A stretch of DNA of 64,000 bases from Anaeramoeba ignava BMAN (taxonomy: Eukaryota; Protista; Anaeramoebae): NCBI GenBank assembly GCA_028826165.1, contig JAPDFW010000094.1, positions 62,001 through 126,000 of the forward strand. Direction: 5' to 3'. Below the pieces are notes generated by a model. It saw only the letters and a list, made by a program, of their open reading frames with translations. It was not told where the DNA came from and did not search any database. The position numbers and the translations under genes are program-made. This document shows positions 25,119-36,257 of this stretch, piece by piece (positions within the stretch are counted from its first letter, which is position 1; every line of letters starts with the position of its first letter).

Positions 25119-26966
25119 TTAAATGAAATAAGTTTCAAGTTCATCAACAACCCATTTATCAAGAGAACCAGCTAAATATTTTTTAGCTTGATTTGTTCCA
25201 TATTCAATTCCATTAGGAAGATTATAACTATAACCAAAATCTGTCCAACCCGATTGTAAATTAGCTGATAAAGCAATATCTCTTCCTCCATGTTTATATT
25301 TGTATTTTCCAAAACATGGACCATTATCAGAAAATCGATAAAAAATTGCAAATTTTGTTAAATTTTGTTGAATTGGAAATTTATCTGGTTTTCTATCTCC
25401 TTTATCATTTCTTAATGAAAAAATGAATGCATCTGGATCTTGAATGTATGTACATTTCCCTCGTTTTCTACTCCATTTTGATTTATCATCTGTCCATCCA
25501 ATTTGAGTAAATCCTCCAAAAATAAAATTATCTGTTGTTTTGATAATAATTAATGTTTTTCCTTTTCCATCAACTGCTTTATGCCAATTTTTACAATCAA
25601 ATCCATCTCTTTTTGCTGAAAATCCTTTTTTCATTTTTAAAAAAAATTCATTATCATTTATCCATTTTTTTAATTTCTGAACATATCCTTTTTTTTTAAT
25701 AATTTCTGAATCTGAAAATATCTTTTGAAAATCCATTCCATGTTTCATTTTCTGATTTTCCGATTTGAAAAATTGAATTTCTTCATCTTTGTTTTGAATA
25801 TATTGTTTCATTTTTGATTTGTTTTGGTTTTGAGTATGATTTTTCTTTTTCTTTTTCTTTTTCTTTTTCTTTTGGATTTGATTTTGATTTTGATTTTCAT
25901 TTTGATTTTCATTTTGATTTTCATTTTGATTTTCATTTTGATTTTGATTTTGATTGATAAATAATTCTTGAAATGTTTTGTTTGGAGAAACTTGATTTTC
26001 TAAATTAATTGTTTTATTAGAATGATAATCCTTAGTAAGAGAATAATTTTCTTTTTTATTTTGTTTTGGTTTTGAATTTGAATTTTGTTTTGGTTTTGAA
26101 TTTTGTTTTGGTTTTGAATTTTGTTTTGGTTTTGAATTTTGTTTTGGTTTTGAATTTTGTTTTGAATTTGAATCAGAATTTGAATTTGAATCGGAACTTG
26201 AACTTGAATATGAATATGAATTGGAAATTGGACTTAATTCATCTGATAAAGGATTATGATCACTAAATGCTTTTCTATTGCTAAATCTTTTATTAAAAGG
26301 TTTTCTTGTTTGAGAATCAACAAAATTATTATAATAATTATTATTATTATTGTTTTTGAAATTTTTGTTGAAATTTTTGTTGAAATTTTGATGTTTATTT
26401 GGAGGATATTTCCAAACATGTCTTCCTAAAGAATAATTGCGAGGAGCATTTGGTACAAAATCAGTTCTACGATGTGTATTTCTTCCTCTAGCTTTTCGTT
26501 TCTTAATTTTTTTTGGTTTCCTAAAATTTTTTTGGTTTTTTTTTTCAATTTCTTGATTTATTTCTAGTAAATGTGAATCTAATTTTTTATGTTCTTCCAA
26601 TTTTTGATAAATTTGTTCTAACGATAATTGATTTGTATTTGTTCCAATTGAATTTGGTGATGTTGATTTAAATGGAGATTGAACTTGATTTATAGTTTGT
26701 ATTGGAGTTGGATTGTTTGACATTAATGGAGATCGAATTGTATTGAATTTTGTTGGAGTTGTTGGCATTGATGTTGTTTGTGATTGAACTGGAATAAATA
26801 TGATTTGTGTTGGAGTTGTTGGCATTGATATTGGAAATTGATTTGTAGTTTGTGTTAGATTGTTTGGCATTGATATTTGTAATTGATTTGTTGTTTGTGT
26901 TAGATTGTTTGGCATTGATTGATATGAAAAAGGTATTTGTTGAAAGAAATTTAAATTATTTGTCAT
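25119..26966 (-). CDS. Chimeric protein: low-complexity N-region shared with 18949-20322 plus C-terminal TLDc domain
   Basis: TLDc motifs GFSAKRDGF..WHKAVDGKGKTLIIIKT..FIFGGFT..DPDAFIFSL..GPCFG..VDELETY. Confidence 0.85.
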   Translation of the reverse strand: MTNNLNFFQQIPFSYQSMPNNLTQTTNQLQISMPNNLTQTTNQFPISMPTTPTQIIFIPVQSQTTSMPTTPTKFNTIRSPLMSNNPTPIQTINQVQSPFKSTSPNSIGTNTNQLSLEQIYQKLEEHKKLDSHLLEINQEIEKKNQKNFRKPKKIKKRKARGRNTHRRTDFVPNAPRNYSLGRHVWKYPPNKHQNFNKNFNKNFKNNNNNNYYNNFVDSQTRKPFNKRFSNRKAFSDHNPLSDELSPISNSYSYSSSSSDSNSNSDSNSKQNSKPKQNSKPKQNSKPKQNSKPKQNSNSKPKQNKKENYSLTKDYHSNKTINLENQVSPNKTFQELFINQNQNQNENQNENQNENQNENQNQNQIQKKKKKKKKKKNHTQNQNKSKMKQYIQNKDEEIQFFKSENQKMKHGMDFQKIFSDSEIIKKKGYVQKLKKWINDNEFFLKMKKGFSAKRDGFDCKNWHKAVDGKGKTLIIIKTTDNFIFGGFTQIGWTDDKSKWSRKRGKCTYIQDPDAFIFSLRNDKGDRKPDKFPIQQNLTKFAIFYRFSDNGPCFGKYKYKHGGRDIALSANLQSGWTDFGYSYNLPNGIEYGTNQAKKYLAGSLDKWVVDELETYFI

Positions 26967-27591
26967 TGTAAAGTTTTTATTTATAATTTTAATTTGTAAT
27001 TTAATTTAATTTGTAATTTAATTTAATTTGTAATTTTGTTTGTAATTTTGTTTGTAATTTAATTTGACTTAATTAAAAAGAAGAGAAATGAACTTCTTTT
27101 TCAAACTGAACAGAACCTTGTTTTTTGTGTGTTTTATCTAAAAAAAAAAAGATTTTAAATTAATTTCAAAAGAAATAATTTTTAAAAAAAAATTGAAAAA
27201 TGAAAAAAAAAAATTTAAATAAAAATTTTTTCTTTTAAATCCAAATAAATAAATAAATAACAAAATAGCCATCATTTGTTTATTTTATTTTCAAATGATT
27301 TATAATTAAATTAAGTCTTCTTTCTCAATTTATTTCAAATAAAAAATTATTAACAAAAAAGGAAAAAGTGGACAATTTATTTCAAATAAAAAATTATTAA
27401 CAAAAATGGAAAAATTGATCAATTTATTTCAAATAAAAAATTATTAACAAAAAATGGAAAAATTGATCAATTTATTTCAAATAAAAAATTATTAACAAAA
27501 AACGGAAAAAGTGGACAATTTATTTCAAATAAAAAAATATTAATTTGGTTTAAAAGTAATCGAATCTTATATTAATTCTTGTAAAAAGAAA
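25930..27591 (-). repeat. Inverted-repeat copy B, with 4-5 subterminal ~47-bp repeats at 27327-27540
   Basis: Reverse-complement match to 18327-20050. Confidence 0.9.
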
Positions 27592-28939
27592 TCTTAATTT
27601 TATTTATAATTTTAATTTTAATTTTAAATTTTAATTTTAATTTTAATTTTAATTTTAATTTGTAATTTTAATTTTAATTTTAATTATAATTTTGATTTTA
27701 ATTTTAATTTTAATTTTAATTTTAATTTTAATTTTAATTATAATTTTGATTTTAATTTTAATTTTAATTTTAATTTTAATTTTAATTTTAATTTTAATTT
27801 TAAATTTTAATTTTAATTTTAATTTTAATTTTAATTTTTAATTTTTAATTTTAATTTTAATTTTAATTTTAATTTTAATTTTAATTTTAATTTTAATTTG
27901 TAATTTTAATTTTTAATTTTTAATTTTAATTTTAATTTTAATTTTTATCCGATTTTATAAATGATTTTTTTAATTTTAATTTTTAATTTTAATTTTAATT
28001 TTTATCCGATTTTATAAATGAATTTTATTTTAATTTTTAATTTTAATTTTAATTTTAATTTTAATTTTAATTTTTAATTTTAATTTTAATTTTAATTTTA
28101 ATTTTAATTTTTAATTTTAATTTTAATTTTGATTTTAATTTTGATTTTTAATTTTGATTTTTAATTTTGATTTTAATTTTAATTTTAATTTTAATTTTAA
28201 TTTTGATTTTTGATTTTAATTTTAATTTTAATTTTAATTGTGATTTTAATTTTAATTTTAATTTTAATTTTAATTTTAATTTTTAATTTTTAATTATAAT
28301 TTTAATTTTTAATTTTAATTTTAATTTTAATTTTAATTTTAATTTTAATTTTAATTTAAATTTTATAAATGAATTTTAATTTGATTTTAATTATAATTTT
28401 TATCCGATTTTAATTTTAATTTTAATTTTAATTTTAATTTTAAATTTGATTTTTAATTTTGATTTTAATTTTATTTTTAATTTTAATTTTAATTTTAATT
28501 TTAATTTTGATTTTAATTTTTTAATTTTAATTTTAATTTTTAATTTTAATTTTAATTTTTAATTTTTAATTTAATTTTAATTTTAATAATTTTAATTTTA
28601 ATTTTAATATTAATTTTAATTTTAATTTTAATTTTAATTTTAATTATAATTTTAATTTTAATTATAATTTTAATTATAATTTTAATTTTAATTTTAATTT
28701 TAATTTTAAATTTTAATTTTAATTTTTAATTTTAATTTTTAATTTTAATTTTAATTATAATTTTAATTTTAATTTTAATTTTTAAATTTTAATTTTGATT
28801 TTAATTTTAATTTTAATTTTAATTTTAATTTTAATTTTAATTTTAATTTTAATATTAATTTTAATTTTAATTTTAATTTTAATTTTAATTTTAATTATAA
28901 TTATAATTATAATTATGAATTTAAATTGAAAAAAATTAC

Positions 28940-29339
28940 CACCAAAAATATACAATTTATCATCATATAAACCGAAGTTATTTCTACTAGTTCCATCGTG
29001 AGGAGTTCCATAAGTAGGAATTTTTTGCCAGAAATGAGAATTCAAATCAAAAGAATAAAAATCTTTACAAACATCACCATCATAACCTCCATAAACAAAT
29101 AATTTATTATAACGAATAGCACAACTAGATGTGCTTCGAGGTGTAGGCTTTTCTCCTTCAGCTGGAAGTTCTGTCCATGTGTTTGTTGATATTGAATATG
29201 CATTTACTTGATTAAATCTTTCTCTTTTATCATCAACTCCTCCAAAAAGTAATATTTGATTGTTGTGTAGAAATGATGCTACATAACATCTCTCACATGG
29301 GTTTTGATTTTGTGATTTGATTTCTTTCCACGAATACAT
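28940..29339 (-). CDS. Second copy of kelch-BTB exon 1 (orphan exon or alternative first exon)
   Basis: Direct repeat of 22660-23059 at offset 6280 with an identical protein sequence and intact GT donor at 28939; no private exon 2 found. Confidence 0.7.
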
Positions 29340-29508
29340 TTAATTTTATTATAAAAAAAATGAGAAAAATGAAAAATGAAAAATGAAAAAATGGAAATAG
29401 ATTTAATTTAATATTTAATTTATAAATTAATTTGAAAATATAATTTAATATTTAATTTTATTATTTATTATTCTTTATTGCATTTTTTTTGTGAAATAAA
29501 ATAAAAAA

Positions 29509-31175
29509 TTAATCAGAATGATTGCGATAAGGACAAGTCATTGGAGCTGATGGAGTTGTAGGTCTTTCAAAACCAAGAGTAGAAAAAGAATTAGAAGGAG
29601 AATGTAAAGAAGGACGAAAAAATTGATTATCAATTAAACGTTGATAAGTTTCAAAATCATTCCAATTTTGTTGATTTTGTTGATTAATTGATGAATTCAT
29701 TTGAAATGTGTTTCTTTTATCAAAAAGATGAAAGTTTTGTTTTTGTTGAAAATTATTAAAATGATTGAAATCTTGAAAATTTCTTGGTTGTGGTGATTGT
29801 AATTGATTTGTTTTTGGTTCTTTTTGTAATTCTCTTGATAATCTAGGAAATAATTGTGGTTCTTCAAATTTCAAGTTTTTTGTTTCTTTTTGATTTTTAT
29901 TTTTATTTTTATTTTGATTTTGATTTTGAATTTGATTATTTTGAATATTTTGAATATTTTGAATATTTTGAATATTTTGAATTTGAATTTGATTTTGATT
30001 TTGATTTTGATTTTGATTTTCAATTTCAATTTCATTTTGATTTTGATTTTTTTCTTTTTCTTTTTCTTTTTCTTTTTCATTTTTTTCTTTATCAAGACAA
30101 ATTATTCCTTCTTTTTCTGTTGCAAGAATTAATGAACGAAGATATGAATTTCGAAACATTAATTCTTCTGATAATCCAATTATTGATTGAAAAGATGGTG
30201 TTCTATTCATTGTATGAATTGCACTAAATGATTCTGATCTTCGACTTATTTTCATTTAATTTTAATTATATAAATGAATTTTAATTTTAATTTTATAAAT
30301 GATTTTAATTTTAATTTTAATTTTAATTTCAATTTCAATTTCAATTTCAATTTCAATTTCAATTTTAATTTTAATTTTAATTTTAATTTTAATTTTAATT
30401 TTAATTTTAATTTTAATTTTAATTATAATTTTAATTTTATAAATGATTTTAATTTTAATTTTAATTTTAATTTTATAAATGATTTTAATTATAATTTTTA
30501 TTTTTAATTTTAATTATAATTTTAATTTTATAAATGATTTTAATTTTTAATTTTAATTTTAATTTTAATTTTAATTTTAATTTTAATTTTAATTTTAATT
30601 TTTAATTTTAATTTTAATTTTAATTTTAATTTTAATTTTAATTTTAATTTTTGATTTCAATTTTAATTTCAATTTTAATTTTAAATTTAATTTTAATTTT
30701 GTAAATGATTTTAATTTTGATTTAAATTTTATAAATGAATTTAAATTTTATAAATGATTTTAATTTTATAAATGAATTTTAAATTTTATAAATGATTTTA
30801 ATTTTTATAAATGATTTTGATTTTAATTTTAATTTTATAAATGAATTTTGATTTTGATTTTAAATTGAAGTTGAAGTTAAAATAGTTCAATAAATAAAAG
30901 TACTTTTTTGGAAAATTTCCTTCAATTAATAAAGTTTGTTGATTTATAAACCAAGAATTAATTTGAATATCAGAAGAAAGAGGTTTAACTGAATTAATTT
31001 GACCAGCTCTATCAAAGTCAACTAAAACATCTGAACGAAGTGGAAAAGGATCATCAAGAAAAACATAATGAACTTCAGTTGGAAGAAATTTTTCAGTTGA
31101 TTTTTCTTTAATTAAAATTTCTTTTAAATTTAAATTTGAATTTGAATTTGAATTTGAATTTTCTTCATTAAACAT
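29509..31175 (-). CDS. Atg31-like autophagy protein with low-complexity tail (exons 30904-31175 and 29509-30244)
   Basis: Intron 30245-30903 (GTACTT..TAAG) joins both ORFs in frame. Motifs FLPTEVHYVFLDD, VLVDFDRAGQINSVKPLSSDIQI, LLIEG and helix LSEELMFRNSYLRSLI. Confidence 0.6.
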
Positions 31176-31406
31176 TTTGACTTTGATTTATTGATTAAAA
31201 TGTTTTTTATAAAATGAAAAAAAAAAGCAAAAAAAATATTTATTTTATTAAATTAAAAAAAAGAGAAAAAATGAAAAAAATAATTTTTAGGAAATTTTAA
31301 TAAGATTTTTTATTTCCAACTCATTTATTTTATTTTTTTTTCTCTTTTTTTTTTTCATTTTTTTTCTTCTTTTTTTTTTCTTTTTCATTTTCTTATCTAA
31401 AAAAAA

Positions 31407-34400
31407 ATGGATTTAGATAAAGCGTTAGAACAACTTCGAGAATGTAAATACCTTCCAGAAAACACATTTAGAGAATTATGTGAGAAAGTAAAAGAACTTT
31501 TACTTGAAGAAAATAACGTTCAACCAGTTAAAAGTCCAGTTACAATTTGTGGAGATATTCACGGGTATCAACAATACAAACAAATTGGAACCTTTTTTCA
31601 AAAACACATTTACATAAAAAGAAAACTAACGAGAAAAAACAAACAAAAATTTCCAATAATAGGCAATTTTATGATCTTCTAGAACTTTTTAGAATTGGAG
31701 GTGAATTGCCAACAACTAACTATATTTTTCTTGGGGATTTTGTTGATCGAGGATATTATAGTTTAGAAACCTTTACATTATTTCTTGCGCTGAAAGCAAA
31801 GTAAGTTTGAATTAATGAGTTTTTTTATATTCATCTTTTTTTGTTATTCTTATTTTCAATATTTTTTAGATATCCAGATAGAATTACTCTTTTGCGTGGA
31901 AATCATGAAAGTCGACAGATCACTCAGGTTTATGGCTTTTATGAGGAGTGTCTTCAGAAATATGGTAATCTTAATCCCTGGAGATATGCTTGCCAAGTCT
32001 TTGATTATTTGACTCTTGCTGCTGTATTTATTTTCTTATTAAATTTATTTAAAAATCAAAATCAAAATTTATTTAAAAATTAAATTTCATTTTAAAATGA
32101 AGATTGTTGATGGAACTGTTTTATGTGTTCATGGAGGTCTATCACCTGGTAAAATCATATTAAATTAAATAATTAAATTAAATTAAATTAAATAAAATTA
32201 AATTAAATCAAATTAAATTAAAATTAAAAATATTAAAATTAAATATTAAATTAAATTAAATTAAAAATTAAAAAGAAAATTAAATATTAAATTAAATTAA
32301 AAAATTAAAATTAAATTAAGTAAAATTAAATTAAATTAAATATTAAATATTAAAATTAAATTAAATTAAAATCAAATTAAATTAAATTAAATATTTTAAA
32401 TTAAATCAAATTAAATTAAATAAAAAAAAAAATTAAATATTAAAAGAAAATTAAATTAAATTAAATTAAATTAAATTAAATTAAATTAAATCAAATTAAA
32501 TTAAATTTAAATTTAAAATTATGAGAAATTAAATTAAATAAATTAAATCAAATTAAATCAAATTAAATTAAATTAAATTAAATTAAATTAAATTAAATCA
32601 AATCAAATTGAAATCAAATTAAATCAAATTAAATTCAAATTGAATTCAAATTTAAATCAAATCAAATTAAAAAATATTAAATTAAATTAAAAATTAAATT
32701 AAATTAAATATTAAAAAATTATTAAAAATTAAATTAAATTAAATCAAATTAAATTGGAATTAAAAATATTAAATTAAATATTAAATTAAATTAAATATTA
32801 TGGTAAATTAAATTAAATTAAATTAAATAAAATCAAATTAAATCAAATTAAATTAAATTAAATTTGAAATTAAATTAAATTAAATTAAATTAAATATTAA
32901 ATTAAATCAAATTAAATTAAATCAAATCAAATTAAATTAAATATTAAATTAATTATTAAAAATTAAATTAAATCAAATTAAATATTAAATTAAAAATTAA
33001 ATTAAATTAAATCAAATTAAATTAAATTAAATATTAAATTAAATTAAATCAAATTAAATTAAATTAAATATTAAATTAAATTAAATAAAATTAAATATTA
33101 AATTAAATTAAATATTAAAATTAAAATTAAATTAAATTAAATATTAAATTAAATTAAATTAAATTAAATAAATAAAAATCAAATTAAATCAAATTAAATC
33201 AAATTAAATTAAATTAAATTAAATCAAATTAAATCAAATTAAATTAAATTAAATTAAATTAAATCAAATTAAATTAAATTAAATTAAATTAAATTAAATC
33301 AAATTAAATTAAATTAAATTAAATTAAATTAAATTAAATCAAATTAAATTAAAATTAAATTAAATATTAAATTAAATCAAATTAAATTAAATTAAATTAA
33401 AATTAAATTAAATTAAATATTAAATTAAAATTAAATTAAATCAAATTAAATTAAATAAAATTAAATTAAATATTAAATTAATTATTAAAAATTAAATATT
33501 AAATTAAATTCAATTAAATCAAATTAAATTAAAATTAAATATTAAATTAAATATTAAATTAAATATTAAATATTAAATTAAATTAAATATTAAATTAAAT
33601 AAAATTAAATTAAATTAAATCAAATCAAATTAAATATTAAATTAAATTAAATTAAATTAAATTAAATATTAAATTAAATATTAAATTAAATTAAATTAAA
33701 TTAAATTAAATTAAATTAAATTAAATAAAATTAAATTAAATTAAATATTAAATTAAATTAAATTAAATTAAATTAAATTAAAAAAATTAAATTAAATCAA
33801 ATTAAATTAAATTAAAATTAAATTAAATTAAATAAAATTAAATAAAATTAAATTAAATTAAATTAAATTAAAATTAAATTAAATTAAATTAAAATTAAAT
33901 TAAATTAAATATTAAATTAAATAAACAATTAAATTAAATTAAATTAAATTAAATTAAATTAAATTAAATTAAATATTAAATTAAATATTAAATTAAATAT
34001 TAAATTAAATTAAATAAAATATTAAATCAAATTAAATCAAATTAAAATCAAAATTAAATTAAATATTAAATTAAATCAAATTTAAATTAAATTAAATATT
34101 AAATTAAATTAAATCAAATTAAATTAAATATTAAATTAAATATTAAATATTAAATATTAAATTAAATTAAATTAAATTAAATTAAATTAAATTAAATTAA
34201 ATATTAAATTAAATATTAAATTAAATCAAATTAAATCAAATTAAATTAAATATTAAATTAAATAAAATTAAATATCAAATTAAATATTAAATTGAATTAA
34301 ATTAAATTAAATTAAATTAAATTAAATAAAATTAAATCAAAACAATATAAATAGCAATTAAAACAATTGATCAAATTCGAGGAATTAATCGAATGGATGA

Positions 34401-35973
34401 GATTCCACATGAAGGAGCTTTTTGTGATCTTGTTTGGAGTGATCCTGAAGATATTGAAGGTTGGGCTGAATCACCAAGAGGAGCTGGTTGGTTGTTTGGT
34501 CATAATGTTACTCTTGAATTTTCTAGAATTAATGATTTAGAATTAATTTGTAGAGCTCATCAAATTGTTCAAGAAGGATATAAATATATGTTTGATGACC
34601 AAAAATTAGGTTGATATTCTTCATTTAATTATAAATATAATTATATATTTAAATATAATATAAATATAATTATAAATATAATTATAAATATAATTATAAA
34701 TATAATTATAAATATAAATATAAATATAATTATAAATATAATTATAAATTTAATTATAAATATAATTATAAATTTAATTATAAATATAATTATAAATATA
34801 ATTATAAATATAATTATAAATTTAATTATAATATAAATATAAATATAAATATAAAATATAAATATAATTATAAATATAAATATATAAATATAAAATATAA
34901 AATATAAATATATATATAATTATAAATATAATTATAAATTTAATTATATAAATATAATTATAAATTTAAATATAAATTTAATTATAAATTTAATTATAAA
35001 TTTAATTATAAATTTAATTATAAATTTAATTTAAATATAATTATAAATATAATTATAAATTTAATTATAATTATAAATATAAAATTTAATTATAATTATA
35101 AATATAAATATAATTATAAATTTTAATTATAAATATAAATTTTTAATTATAAATATAATTATAAATATAATTATAAATTTTAATTTTTATAAATTTAATT
35201 ATAAAATTTAATTATAAAATATAAATATAAATATAATTATAAATATAAATATAAATTTAATTATAAATTTAATTATAAATTTAATTATAAATTTAATTAT
35301 AAATTTAATTATAAATATAAATATAAATATAAATATAAATATAATTATATATTTAATTATAAAATTTAATTATAAATATAAATTTAATTATAAATATAAT
35401 TATAAATATAAATATAAATTTAATTATAAATATAATTATAAATATAAATATAAATATAAAATATAAATTTAATTATAAATTTAATTATAAATTTAATTAT
35501 AAATTTAATTATAAATTTAATTATAAATTTAATTATAAATATAAATATAAATATAAATATAAATTTAATTATAAATTTAATTATAAATTTAATTATAAAT
35601 ATAAATATAAATATAAATATAAATTTAATTATAAATTTAATTATAAATATAAATTTAATTATAAATTTAATTATAAATATAATTATAAATTTAATTATAA
35701 ATTTAATATAAATTTAATTATAAATTTAATTATAAATTTAATTATAAATTTAATTATAATTATAAATATAAATATAATTATAAATTTAATTATAAATTTA
35801 ATTATAAATTAGTTACTGTTTGGTCTGCACCTAATTATTATTATCGTTGTGGAAATGTTGCTTCAATTTTAGAATTAGATGAAAACTTAAATCGTTCTTT
35901 TAAGATTTTTTCAGCAGTTCCTGATGAGAAAAGAGTTATTCCAACAAGAACTCCAATGCCTAACTTTCTTTAA
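31407..35973 (+). CDS. PPP6C: Ser/Thr protein phosphatase 6 catalytic subunit (Sit4/PP6); 6 exons
   Basis: [60 protein letters not shown]. Introns 31565-31662, 31801-31869, 32024-32102, 32149-34354, 34610-35812. Confidence 0.93.
32149..34354 (+). repeat. 2.2-kb intron of (AAATT)n microsatellite
   Basis: Bounded by GTAAAA..ATAG; removal restores [14 protein letters not shown]. Confidence 0.9.
34610..35812 (+). repeat. 1.2-kb intron of (ATAAAT/TTAATT)n microsatellite
   Basis: GTTGAT..TTAG; removal restores [11 protein letters not shown]. Confidence 0.9.
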
Positions 35974-36257
35974 AATTTAATTCTTTTAAATCAAAGAAAA
36001 TCCAAAATAATAATAATAATAATAATAATATTTTTTAAAAAAAATTGAGAAAATTTTTTTCAAATTCAAAATTCCAAAATTTAAAAAAAAAAAAAGGAAA
36101 TTAAAATCAAAATATTTTTCAAAAACAAAAATCAATTAAATTCTTTTTGAAATTACATTCAAAAATAACAATTTGAATTGATAAAAAAAATTTTTCAAAA
36201 TTATTTTTTTCATTTTTTTCTTTTTTCTTTTTTTTTAAATTAAAATAGAAATAAAAA

